A stretch of 63,329 nt of DNA, filler included, from Octopus bimaculoides (GCF_001194135.2; 6 parts of 6 records of this genome joined end to end with filler, not necessarily neighbours in it); one strand, 5' to 3'. Shown: positions 11,981 through 24,381, numbered from the whole stretch's first letter. Numbers and translations are program-made. Notes: generated by a model not told the origin, from the sequence alone.

Positions 11981-13816
11981 AGGGCCAGTCAGGCAGTTCT
12001 GGCAATGACCACGCTCAAAAGGTGTTTTTTTATGTACTACCTGCACGTGAGCCAGTCTGGCGGCACTGGCAATGACTACGCTCGAATGTTGTTTTGCACA
12101 TGCCAGCGGCACATGTGCTGGTAAAGCGATGCTGGCAACGATCACACTCGAATGGTGCTTTTCACGTGCCACCAGCACAGGAGCCAATCCATGGTCCTAG
12201 CAACGATCATGCTTGGATGTGCTTTTAACATTCCGCTGGTATAAGTGCCAATCAGGTGGTACTGTCATCGGCCATATCAACGATTTTGATTTGATTTCAC
12301 TTGCCTCGGTAGCTCTTTGCAAGCAAAGTTTATTGTCCAATGAATGAGGGGTACTCATAAGTGGGCTGGTTACACCCGACATTCGGATGTGCTTTTAATG
12401 TTCCACTGGCATGGGTGCCAGTCAGGTGGTACTGTCATTGGCCATGTCAGTCATTTTGATTTGATTTCACTTGCCTGAATAGGTCTTTGCAAGCAAAGTT
12501 TATTGTCCAGTGAATGAGGGGTACTCATAACTGGGCTGGTTACATCCACTGGCATAGGCCACGGGCTGTGGTCTCACTTGACTTGTTGGGTTTTCTCAAG
12601 CACAGCATATCTCCAAAGGTCTCGGTCACTAGACATTGCCTCGGTAAGACCCAATGCTTGAAGGTCATGCTTCACCACCTCATCCCAGGTCTTCCGAGGT
12701 CTACCTCTTCCACAGGTTCTCTCAACTTCTAGGGTGTGACACTTTTTCACACAGCTGTCCTCATTAATTCGCAACACATGACCATACCAGTGCAGTCGTC
12801 TCTCTTGCACACCACATCTGAGGCTTCTTAAATCCAACTTTTCTCCTAGGGCGCTTACTGACATTACACATCCAGCGAAGGTTACTCGCTTCATTCCTTG
12901 CAAGCTTACGCATGTCCTCAGCAGTCACACCCCATATTTCACTGCCATGTAAGCATAGCTGTTTACACACATACATCATACAGTCTACCTTTTATCTGAG
13001 TGAGAGGCCCTTTGTCACCAGCAGAGGTAAGAGCTCTCTGAACTTTGTCCAGGCTATTCTTATTCTAGCAGCTACACTTTCAGAGCATCTACCCCTGCTA
13101 CTGACTTGGTCCCCTAGGTAATGGAAGCAATCAACTACTTGTAGTTTTTCTCCCTGGAATATGACAGAAGCTGTTCTCTGCATATTTTCAGTGTTTATAG
13201 TACCTCAGCATTTGCCACATACAAAATCTATCTTCCCAGTTAGCCTGCCTCTGATATTGCTGCACCTCTTATGTGTCCATAGCTTACACTGGGTACATGT
13301 TATAGAGTTTCTACCTACGCCTTTTCCACAGATTGAGCAGGGCCATCTATCTGAAGGGATTTGTGGTTTGTCTGCCTTCCTACTTACCAAGACTTTGGTT
13401 TTAGCTAGATTGACTCTTAGGCCTTTCCATTCTAATCCTTGCATCCATACCTGAAACCTTTCCTCTAGTTCCAGTAGTGACTCAGCAATTAGAGCAAGGT
13501 CATCAGCATAGAGGAGCTCCCAGGGGCATCCTGTCTTCAATTCCTCTATTATTGCCTGGAAGACTATGACGAATAAGAGGGGGCTGAGGACTGATCCTTG
13601 GTGGACCCCTACCCCTATCTGGAATTCTTCACTGTACTTGTGGCCAACCCTCACCTTACTGACAGCATCCCTGTACCTGGCTTGTACATCTCTCACAAAC
13701 CACTCATCTATCCCTAGTTACTGCATTGACCACCAGATAAGGGATTGGTGTATCCTGTCAAAGGCTTTCTCCATGTCAACAAAAGCCAGGTACAGAGGTT
13801 TATCTTTGGTTAGGTA
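11981..13816 (-). mobile_element. 5'-truncated RTE-clade LINE, same family as 7653-10647, opposite strand
   Basis: Minus-strand ORFs 13205-13696 (GVHQGSVLSPLLF, LLYADD, intact C4HC3 finger), 12992-13183 and 12574-12903, then 3' UTR modules running into a gap. Confidence 0.95.
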
Positions 13817-13818
13817 TA

Positions 13819-14485
13819 CGAGAGAAAAGCTGAACATAAGAAGCGTCAGTAGTGGTGTGCAAGAGAGACGATTGCGCTGGTTTGGACATGTGGTGAGAAT
13901 GAATGAGGATAGCTGCGTGAAAAAGTGCCACTCCCTAACAGTTGAGGGAACCCGTGGAAGAGGTAGGCCCAGGAAGACCTGGGCTGAGGTGGTGAGGCAA
14001 GACCTTCGAACATTGGGCCTCACCGAGGCGATGACTACTGACCGAGACCTTTGGAAATGTGCTGTGCGTGCGAAGACCCGGCAAGCCAAGTGAGATCGTT
14101 GCCAGTGCCCCTGGACTGGCTCTTGTGCGGGTGGCACANNNNNNNNNNATGTACCATCCTGAGCGTGACCGTTGCCAGTACCGCCTGACTGGCCTTGTAG
14201 GGTTTTCGAGCGAGATCGTTGCCAGTGCCCCTGGACTGGCTCTTGTGCGGGTGGCACATAAAAGACACCATTTCGAGCGTGGCCGTTTTCGTGCGGGTGA
14301 CACGTAAAAGCACCCACTACACTCTCTGAGTGGTTGGTGTTAGGAAGGGCATCCAGCTGTAGAAACTCTGCCAAATTAGATTGGAGCCTGGTGTAGCCAT
14401 CCGGTTGCACCAATCCTCAGTCAAATCGTCCAACCCATGTTAGCATGGAAAGCGGACGTTAAACGATGATGATGATGATGATGAT
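13819..14485 (+). mobile_element. Short 5'-truncated RTE LINE (ORF C-terminus, 3' UTR, (GAT)n tail)
   Basis: REKLNIRS...GVQERRLRWFGHVVRM...GRPRKTW...KTRQAK*, then UTR modules and gcggacgttaaac(gat)n. Confidence 0.93.
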
Positions 14486-14492
14486 ATAAATA

Positions 14493-15788
14493 TGAGGGGT
14501 TATTGTAGGAAACAATACTTGTACAGGTCTAATCATATATGTTTCTATATGCCACATTGTAAATTGCAGCTTTCCATGAGTATTCGTTTGTCTATTACGA
14601 CTACTAAAGTGGACTAAGGTGTTCTAATGGAGGCACTTGAATGCAGATCAGTGATCAGGTTCATATACTTGAAAGGTCATACACCAAAAGAGACTTTCTA
14701 TGAGATGAAAGAAGTTTATGGTGACAATGCACCATGATTTGATGTAGTCAGGCACTGGCATCACCAGTTCAAATGTGGTTGGACATTGGTGGAAACTGCT
14801 TCTATTCCTGGATGACCACATTCTGCCATTGACGACAACACCATCCATAAAGTGGAAGCCACTATTTTGTAGGATTACCACATAACTATTCAGCAACTAA
14901 CCAGAGAAGTGAAGATAAATCCATGGCAAAAAACATTATTGACCATTTGCACATGCTGAAGTTGTCTGCACAATGGATTCCTCGCATGCTCACACCTTTT
15001 CATAAGTCGGAATGTGTCAATTGCTCCCAGGCTCTTTTGGCAATGTGCCAAGAAAACGAGGACTTTTTCAGCAGACTTATTACACAGGGTGAAACATGGG
15101 TCCATCACTATGATCCTGAGACTGAAGTCCACTCGAGGTAATGGAAGCATGATAACTCCAAAGAAGGCTCATGTCCAACCCTTAGCAAGTAAGGTGATGC
15201 TGACAGTCTTTTGAGACTGGCATGGAGTAGTGATGATGGATTTTCTGGCAAAGGCCACATGCTTCTCTGTTGCAGAAATTGTAGGATGCCCTCAAAACAG
15301 AGAGGCAGGAGAAGCTGACAAAGGAGTCNNNNNNNNNNNNNNNNNNNNNNNNNNNNNNNNNNNNNNNNNNNNNNNNNNNNNNNNNNNNNNNNNNNNNNNN
15401 NNNNNNNNNNNNNNNNNNNNNNNNNNNNNAGTTCACAATGTACATGTTGCCCAGATGAAAGCACACTCCTGCGGCTATGAAATCTTTTCTCATACCCCTT
15501 ACTCTCCTGACCTCGCGCCCTCTGACTTTCACCTCTTTCCAACTATAAAGTCTTTTTTGAAGGAGTAGCACTTTTTGGATGATGAGTTTATTTCTGAGGT
15601 AAGGTCTTGGCTCAAGATGCAACCTACTGACTTTTATAGATGAGGTCTTCACAGCTCCATAAACCGATGGAAGAAGTGTGTCACCATTGGTGGTGACTAT
15701 GTAAAGAAGAACTAATAATTATGCCGAGTTTTATTTATATCAATCCTTGGGATGTAGGTCAAGGGAAATCTTTAATGAATACCCCTTG
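14493..15788 (+). mobile_element. Decayed mariner transposon
   Basis: Fragments RSVIRF...KGHTPKE, WIPRMLT, ITQGETWVHHYDPET, SKVMLTVF, PYSPDLAPSDFHLF and RWKKCVTIGGDYV. Degenerate gagggg.../...cccctt ends are flanked by TA. Confidence 0.92.
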
Positions 15789-16101
15789 TATATATGGAAA
15801 GAAACATCCCTTGATCCCACTTTCTGTGTTGTTTGTAGTTCCTTCCTTGTCATATTTACCATTAGGTTAGCAAATTTTCCTCTTCTATTCTTCTTTGAGT
15901 TGTGGGTTGCTATAATGAATGAAATTTGAAACAAAATTCACCAACATATATAGTTATGCTCCTTATATTTGAATTCAGATCCTGTTGACGGTTGGTTGAC
16001 ACTTCTTTTATTCACCTGGGGTTGAATTTATTGGGATGATGTAATTGACTATCCTCTTAAATTGTTATCTTGTGCCAATTTATGAAATCTTTTTGTTATA
16101 G

Positions 16102-16177
16102 AACACATTTGAAAGAAAATTTCCTGAAAGATTTGAAGAAAACTCGTAACACATATCAAGGAAAAGAATTGTCTGAG
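16102..16177 (+). CDS. MAP3K5: ASK-family MAP3K, third visible exon
   Basis: Splice sites ttttgttatag|a...gag|gtatct; phase 2 in, phase 0 out. Encodes THLKENFLKDLKKTRNTYQGKELSE, compare ASK1 FRESILNDIRKARNLYTGKEL. Confidence 0.92.
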
Positions 16178-17791
16178 GTATCTGATTTTAGTATATCCTT
16201 CTTCGTTTTTTAACTTTTATAAGGCAGATAATATTTTTGACAATTTAAGCTGGACAATTTAGATTTCTTGTGTGTAAAATCTCAATATTAAATCCTGTTT
16301 AAAATAGAAAATTGTTGTTCTATTACAGATTTCCATCACAAAGCAGATAGGTTTATCATTCAAATATAAATATTATTTTCTAGCATAAAAGATGTATTTT
16401 TTGACTTTAAATTTATATTCCAAAAGTCTTCATCTTATACATTGAACACATTACTCTGCACTTAATATCCTTAAGAAATGTTACTCATTTTATACTCCTT
16501 TGTGGCTTTTATACAAATAAATATGATAGTTTTTTTTTTGCACAGTTGTTTAAGTGTACCTTACATTAATTGTACTTTACCTTGTATAAATCCTTTTGAT
16601 ATAGTTAATATTCTTCAATGTACTCAAAGAATATAATTAAAATTTGTTCAATACATGTGTAAATGTCTTGTTATAATAGGAATTAATTCTGCATAAATGA
16701 ATTAATGTATTTGATCTATAGGATCATAAGCTAACAATTAGTTGTATGCAGGACAGAAAATGCAAAGGAAATTTGTGTAAAAGTAGATAGGTGCAGTTCA
16801 GAAATGTTCATATGAATGAATTAACTATACAGAGTGAAGTGATGAGATGAAATAATGCGTATCTCTTCAAGGAATATAGTTTGTGAAAGTAAACTTAAGC
16901 TATACTAAAAGGAACTAGATATTCTAAAATTAGAATGATATACCAAACCACAGCATGCTTTATATTTAGGTAATACTTTTACACTGTGGTAGTGTTGTAC
17001 CATATATAGATTTTCCATATATAGTACAAGTAATATACATCTGCTTAATTGACAATATTTTACTAAGCAACACTGTTTAACTGCTGGTCTATAATTTAGC
17101 TGTATCTTCTTCATACTTTCTTTGCTTATAAGATGTTCTACTCCGAATTTTAGGTTCATCAAAACTTTCTCTATACACTTTGCATATAGTTTGATATACA
17201 CTATATTTGAAAAAATGATGGGATAAATGCATATTATTGAATGTGGATATTTGTGTGATTGCATATGTACAAACATGAAACTTAATCAAACAGTCTAAGC
17301 CACTGTTGGTAAAACTTTGAAGTAGTTTTTAATTATCGGTTATCTGAATGTTTGAACTTGGAAGCAACAAATATATTTTCCACAGATCTTGACAATCTTG
17401 GCTCCACCACCATTAGTTTATTAGGATAAGTTCTCTTGGTAGCTAAATGTTCACCTTCTACCTGTACCAAGACAACAGTATTATTTCTAATCACCTCAGA
17501 CCACCACTGTAAGCTTCCTCTCCACTGACATAACAGAAATAACCTTTATTCTCTGAAAGTACATGCTGTGGTTACTAAATTACCTCCCAACATCATGAAG
17601 CTTCTCACCCTTAGTAAAAGTGGTGTATCTAAGAAGTTGGATACTCTGAAGAAACTCAACAGTATTCTAAAAGTGTTCTACTCTAATTAGATTGCACAAG
17701 GCATGAACTGAGCAAGCCACAGTGAATATAATCTATAATGGCAAGTAGGAGAGCATAAGTATTATATTATCTTTTAAAATTGCTTTGAAAT

Positions 17792-18010
17792 CACTTTAGC
17801 ATTTAAACTGGCCATATTTAGCCCCAAAATGCTACCTGTTTTATATTTTAACCAGCCAGATCCAGCCTATCACACCTACCCTTCAATACCATTCTAAAAT
17901 ATACAATCACATCGTCCAAATTTCGAAGTCACTAAATAATGCATGATTAATTAAAAACAATGTGAATGAAAAAGCATTACAATTGAGAGCATAATCTGAA
18001 TGCTAAAGGG
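17792..18010. mobile_element. MITE with piggyBac-like termini
   Basis: Ends ctttagcatt... and ...aatgctaaaggg are reverse complements. TTAA target sites are degenerate. Confidence 0.6.
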
Positions 18011-18701
18011 CTAAATAAAATCTAATACGAAGTAAAGGAAACATTTTAGTCCTGGCAGACAACTGCACTAGTGTTGGCAGAAGAATAAAGTGCACCCAGT
18101 TCATGCTCTAAAATGGTGATAGGAAAGGTTAAAGAAAAAAATAAATAAAGACATGACAGACTACAACCAATAATGGCAGTTTTCTCTATTGTAATATGTT
18201 TCAAATGATAGAGGGTCATATGTGGTGAGATTCTGCACCAGAACAGACTTGTCCAATCCATGTCAGTTTAGAATAATGAACATAAAAAGGATGTGAAGAA
18301 GATGCTCATGACTAGAATACTTTTGGTCGTATGTCTGCTTGATCAGCACTGACTGAGGGCTAAATAGCTATAACAACTTTGCACTTTTCTTTTCACTCTT
18401 ACTGTGACATGCTTTAGATACTATCCTAAAAGTTTAATCCTGGACCCTCTTTGCCTTTAGCTACACTAACCCAGTTCTACCAATTGCTAAATTCGAAAGA
18501 TGAATATACAATGTGCATTCCTTCACTTCTTGCTCTACTTCCTCATTCTAAAACAAATTACCAATGAATTTAACAATACTAATCTAAAATGCAAGAATTT
18601 AAATTTTCTTTATTTTTGGGACTCCGTTATTTGGGATACTTTGTTGGGCCTTAAATTTTCTTAATAACTTTTTGCCATATAACTATTTTTTATTCGTCTA
18701 G

Positions 18702-18794
18702 GCATTACATAGTTTTCAGATGCGCCTAGATGATCCCCAGCTTTTGTCACCAGAAATTATTTGGAATATGTTGATATCTTATCGAGATATCCAG
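18702..18794 (+). CDS. MAP3K5: ASK-family MAP3K, fourth visible exon
   Basis: Splice sites cgtctag|gca...cag|gtttga; 31 codons. Encodes ALHSFQMRLDDPQLLSPEIIWNMLISYRDIQ, compare ASK1 RQRVDNIEVLTADIVINLLLSYRDIQ. Confidence 0.95.
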
Positions 18795-20304
18795 GTTTGA
18801 GTGATTTTATGTTTTTATTTTTATATTATCTTTTAAAATTGCTTTGAAATCAATTCAGAATTCAAAATACTTTTTTGTCTAAATTTAAAAATTTGATATA
18901 AAGAGATGCCTTGCTTATCAAAACATTGAATTTAGTGTCTGGAATACAAATGATTAAATAGTGAAGTTAAGATTGACTATTGTCTTGCAATTTTTACAAG
19001 TTTTATATTATCATTGTTATGGTAATATTGTTGAACCATTGCATGCATTTTACATGCTCAACAGAATTATGTAAGGGGGCTACTAGTTTAGTATTGCAGG
19101 TTGGTTATTTAGTTCATTAATCTGCTGCTCAGTGTAATATCTTCTAGTCCTCAGATGCTTTTAGTGGAGTTGTAAGCATTTTCCATCACATACATTCAGA
19201 CCAGGTCTCTTGTTTGAGTATACCATCCTCCACCAATCTTGGAGTCCCTGCAAGTGGTCATGGTCACTACTTTCTTTCTTATCGAAAAGAGATGAAAAAA
19301 AACAAACAAACAACGAAAGACTTTAGTTTTGCAAGGATAAACTTAATACAAAACAATGGCATCACCAATTACCAATAGAAATGAACTTCCACCAAGGCTT
19401 TGCTGCAGCAGCAAGAGTGGAAAAACATGACCACTCATGATTTAAAAAAGAAGAAAGGAATAATTTTTTCTTTTAATCAACACAGTGAAATGACTGAAAC
19501 AAGGAAAAGGCTATTACGGTCATATGAAAAGTTTCTGTAATGGTGAAATCCTTAGAACATGAATAAATGGTTAGCAGTATAGCATCTGTGATACTGTAAT
19601 CAGTTGCTCCCAAGAGAAATTGGTAATTACTAAAAGGGTCAGTTTCTTATTATATCATTAAGTTCTGATATAGCCAATTATCAAAAGTTATGAGTCATAT
19701 TGTTTTTGTGAATTTGGTAAAAATTGGAACTGAAGAATCGAGTGTAGAAGATGATATAGGCACACAATCATCTGAGCATTGTGTAAAAGCATTACAATAT
19801 CTTCAATCGGGTAATGAGAAGCTTGATGCAAAACACTGAATGCATTCTACTTGAGATGATTTCTAAATTTTGAATGCTATAAGCAAAAAATAAACACACG
19901 AAAATATTGAAAGCAAGGGTAATCTTGATATCATTGTGTCATATGTTAATAGAAACAATGGAAATCTGATTCTAAATTTCATTTGCAAAGATATAAGTAA
20001 GCACCTTCATTTCCTATATATTCAACTGAAGTTGGAACAATATACACAAATATTGAAAAAGAAGTCTTCACAGTTGTATGTTGTGATTGAAAAGCACAGT
20101 ATTTTCCACTTAGCTTCTAGAGTTTATTTTATCAAAATTTATGGTTTGTTAAAAGTTAAAATTTGTACTCATTTTAAGATGGATCTTATAAATGTCAGCA
20201 ATTGATTATGAAATATATTATATGAAGGGATTTGAAATATCAAAAGTTAATGCATTATCAGAGTTGGAATTTATTAATGCAGGGTGTTCAGGATAAATTT
20301 GAAG

Positions 20305-20965
20305 TTTGCATTGGAAATGTTGAAAGAGTTGGTGCAGTCACCATTGCAAAGAACTTGACCGGTCATATTGTCATGAAAAAGTCTTACCAATGTGGTGAGC
20401 TTGTGTGGACAGCCCAGCTTAGTTAGGATGTTCCACAAAGCTTCTCTGTTGACTATGTCAAAAGCTTTGGTCATGTCTATGAACATAGTGTACAAATCCA
20501 TGACTTGACACACAGCAAACAACATGTCTTTGGTGCTGCGACCAGAGCGGAAGCTACACTGGGCTTCAGGCAAGTTGTTCCCAGAGATGCTAGTGATGAG
20601 TCTGTTGAAGAGGATGCAAGCCAGGATTTTCCCAGCAATAAAAAGCAGGGAAATGCCTCTGTAATTTCCACAGTTTGATTTGGCTCCTTTGTTCTTGTAG
20701 AGTGTATACTCTCTTCCTTTCAAATGGATACAAGGATGTCATGGAATGCACTGAAAGCCATGGTACCAAGTGCCTTGTACAGCTCTGCAGAAATTCCATC
20801 TGCTCCTGGAGCTTTGCCACAGTTCATTTCTTTTATGGCAGTCTTGACTTCTTTTACATTAGGCAGCAAGTCAAGGTCTTTGAGTAGAAGCTTCTGAGGT
20901 ATTTGATGCAATGCTTCCTGGTCGACAGTAGATGGCAGATTTAGGAGTTGGTTGAAGTTTGCATT
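20305..20965 (-). mobile_element. RTE (BovB-like) reverse transcriptase fragment, a different lineage from the dominant RTE
   Basis: KAPGADGI, LYKNKGAKSNCGNYRGISLLFIAGKILA, LPEAQCSFRSGRSTKDM and FIDMTKAFDIVNREALW. Confidence 0.88.
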
Positions 20966-21782
20966 AAAGGAAAAGAAACAATATCCCTACCAAAAATAAA
21001 AGTATTTATAAAAAATCAAAAATTATCAACTAGATTAAGGCTGGGAGTTAACAATTTACTCAAAGTAGCTACCCTCAGCTTCCACCATGGCTCCAAAACC
21101 TGGTGCATGCATTCCTTATTGTGTTCCAGGGAAGATCTTCAAACATCTTGATCTTAGCTACCAGCTCACCCTTGGTGTTGCAGAGCAGTTGGTGTCTTTC
21201 TCAACTGCATCCCATGCATAGTTATCCATGGGATTACAATTGGAGGACTTAGGAGGCCAGAAATTGGGGCTGGTGAAGTTGTAGAAATTGATATTAAACA
21301 AAATGCAGAATTACACCTCTGGGCATTGAATGATAGTGATTTGACTACTGAGCCAGGAATAAATATAGATGGTGTTAGACATGCTGATTAAAGAAGTGTT
21401 TCTAACATAGGAACAAATTGATGGGAAGGATTTAGTTCCAATTGGATAAAAGGCGAAGTCAACCATGGCAGAATTTGGACTCAGAACTTGAACAAATAAC
21501 ACAAAATATTTTTTCTGATGCTGTGACAGTGTTTCTGGTCCTCAAATAATAAAAGGAGGGAAATTAATTTATTTCTTGATGTTATCATAGTATTAATACT
21601 TTCATAGTATGACCAGCTCAATGTTATGGTTTTGTTATTCAGGTAAATAAAATTTCTGATTATTAAGGATCATGTTCAACTATGACTTTACTGAGATAAA
21701 GTTAGTATGACAAGGCCTCTTTTTTATGAAATAGTATTTATATTTTATCAGAAAATTGTATTTATTTCATTCTCTTTGCTAG

Positions 21783-21889
21783 GACTACCATGCAATGGTG
21801 AAGTTAGTGGAAGATCTTGCTCAAGTCCCAAAGAATCGCATCACATCTATGCCCAATATTCAGCATCTTTATGCTTTTGCATTAAACAG
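21783..21889 (+). CDS. MAP3K5: ASK-family MAP3K, fifth visible exon (last found)
   Basis: Splice sites ttgctag|gac...ag|gtatat. Encodes DYHAMVKLVEDLAQVPKNRITSMPNIQHLYAFALNR, compare ASK1 DYDSIVKLVETLEKLP...FHYAFALNR. Confidence 0.95.
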
Positions 21890-22393
21890 GTATATTTCAG
21901 TAATAAAATAAACTTTCTTTCAGTTTAATGTGGAGGTATTGACAAGAAAGAAATGTTGGTTTTGTGGTTTTGTGAATGTAGGGTTGTTAGAAGTAGAACA
22001 ACCAAAATGGTATACGTAAAAATGATATAGAAAATAGAAGATAAATCTTAATATGAAGAAATTTTAACAGTTAATAAAGATGCTTTGTATATATATATAC
22101 ATTTACAAAGATGTTTTTAGGAACTTTATCTGGAAAAATCTAAAAAGGCTGTGAGGCTAAAGATCCTCTATTTTGATGCAATCAATAATTGCCATCTCCC
22201 TGTATAGAGCTGTAGTTCCTAAAACTCATCGGCCATAGCTATTTGTAAATGTCCCAACAGATTTGTTAAGACACATATTGCACATTCACTTATCATCTGG
22301 AGGTCTGCAGTAAGCAAGCCATTTTCTTCAAACAGTGGCCCTAGCTTGTACTGTACTGAAGCAAATTCTTTTGCAAATCTATAGGCTTTAGGG

Positions 22394-23760
22394 CAGTGGT
22401 TCTTAATCTGGGCTTGATTGAACCCCAAGAGTTCACTGAGTCAGTCTCAGGGGTTTTGCAGGGGTCAAGACACACAGTATAGCTCGGTTCACACTAGCAA
22501 TGTCAGGCTGTTTTTGTTGACCACCAAAAATTGGCTGCCAACAATTTGGCAACAGAATTCTTCTTCACCATGTTAGATTACAAATATTTAGTTGCTTAGT
22601 AAAAATTTGTTGCACAAAATAAATTTCCATGATAAACACAAAATAAATTTCCAAGATAAATTACGATAACAATATAAAATTTAATTTTAAAATATTAATT
22701 TATAAATAAAAAAAAAAATTTTTAAGCATTTTGAACCAAGCAAAAAATCGGTCCAGGCTTATGTGTGTATCCCCGTTCTGTTCAGTCCACTCGTATTATA
22801 TGTGACGTCACACTCTGCTTGGCCATCATTGGCTGCAGCTGATCATGCCACCTCACTTGGCTTTGATATCTGTGCTGCAGGGAACTTGGTGCACTCAGTA
22901 GTCGACTTGTGGCTGTTGTGGTTGTATGTCATTTGTGATTTTCTTTTAATCTTTCAAACCCTTCATACTAACTTTGTAAATCAAAAAAAGAAAGTGGTTG
23001 AACAAATACATACAATATGGATTCACATGTATAAAGAATATGATGGGAGTCAGACTCCTCAATGCATGATTTGCAATGCCAAGTTGAGCAATTCTAGTGT
23101 AGGACCAGCAAAACTAAGGGCACACTTCCTAAACCTGCATGGAGATGGGAAATACAAGAACACAGAGCTCGCTGAATTCAAGGTGAAGAGAACCAGATTT
23201 GATGAAAAGGCTACTCTGACTGTTCTTGGCTTTGTACCCATTGACAAACTGATACTCACGGCATTGTATGAAGTTCTGTACCTGATTACAAAGCAAACCA
23301 CACACCATTGGTGAAACACCTATAAAACCAACTGCGTTGAAGATGCTGAATATCATGCTGGGAAAAGCTGCTGAAGATAAGTTATCCCAGATTCTTCTCT
23401 CAAATGACATTATCAGCAGCAGAATATATGACATGAGCGATGAGATCTTGGCTCAAGTAGTTGCAGATCTGATATCAAGCCCATCAAAATTTGGCCGCCA
23501 ACTCTATGAGACTGCCAACATTTCCAATCTAAACCAGCTTGTATTCGTGTACTGTGTCAATGACATGTCAAAAGAAGACTTTTTATTTTGGAAGCCTCTT
23601 ACAACAACCAAGGCAGACAATGTAAAGAAACTTGTGGATGACTTCTTCAGAGATAAAAGGCTTTCATGTAATATGGTTTCTGCAGTTCGTTTGGATGGAG
23701 CTCCAGCCATGCTGGGATGAGACTCTGATTTTGGAACGCTGGTGAAATCTGATGCAACAC
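22394..23760 (+). mobile_element. hAT (Buster/Charlie/ZBED8-like) transposon remnant
   Basis: Starts with the TIR-like cagtggttcttaa. Encodes BED-finger-like PQCMICNAKLSNSS...KLRAHFLNLH, LSNDIISSRIYDMS and DGAPAMLG. Frameshifted, and cut by an RTE fragment. Confidence 0.88.
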
Positions 23761-23801
23761 ATATCAATATATATGTGTGTGTATGTATATATATATATAT
23801 A

Positions 23802-24166
23802 TAAATGCCAAAACCTACCCTGGCGAAGAATGTACCCCACAACATAGATTAGTAGTTAGCGACTTTGGGATCAAGGCAAAATGGGTGCCCAGAATTAGAC
23901 CGGCTTGGAGGAGAAGGGTGTGGAAGCTTAAAGACCCTGCAAATGGACAGAGACTTAGAGACAAGTTACTTGAAGCATTTAACGAAAAAGAAGGGGATAT
24001 AGCATTATACAACGTGGAAGACAATTGGAGATTTCTGCGGGACAACCTGTTGAAAGCCACCGACCAGATTTGTGGGTGGTGTAAGGTCCCCTCCCGACCC
24101 AGAGTAACGTGGTGGTGGAACAAGGAGGTAGACAGGGCTATTAGACAAAAGAAACAGGCTTGGAAG
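23802..24166 (+). mobile_element. RTE LINE fragment (end of endonuclease domain and linker)
   Basis: AKTYPGEECTPQHRLVVSDF...WKLKDPANGQRLRD...VTWWWNKEVDRAIRQKKQAWK, overlapping the 5' part of the 7653 element in content. Confidence 0.88.
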
Positions 24167-24266
24167 NNNNNNNNNNNNNNNNNNNNNNNNNNNNNNNNNN
24201 NNNNNNNNNNTTAATTAATTAANNNNNNNNNNNNNNNNNNNNNNNNNNNNNNNNNNNNNNNNNNNN
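24167..24266. other. Artificial scaffold join: 44 N + TTAATTAATTAA + 44 N
   Basis: Exactly 100 bp with a six-frame stop linker. Identical structures occur at four other positions. Confidence 0.97.
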
Positions 24267-24320
24267 TATTATTATTATTATTGTTATTATTATTACTATC
24301 GTTATTATTATTATTATCAT

Positions 24321-24381
<61 letters not shown>

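Noticed and set aside
11981-14485. Twin-priming explanation for the head-to-head RTE junction
   Set aside because: The two pieces overlap in content and each has its own 3' UTR, which fits two insertions.
22261-22309. Phase-compatible AG...GTAAGC candidate next MAP3K exon (FVKTHIAHSLIIWRSA)
   Set aside because: No resemblance to the expected ASK continuation after AFALNR; treated as chance.
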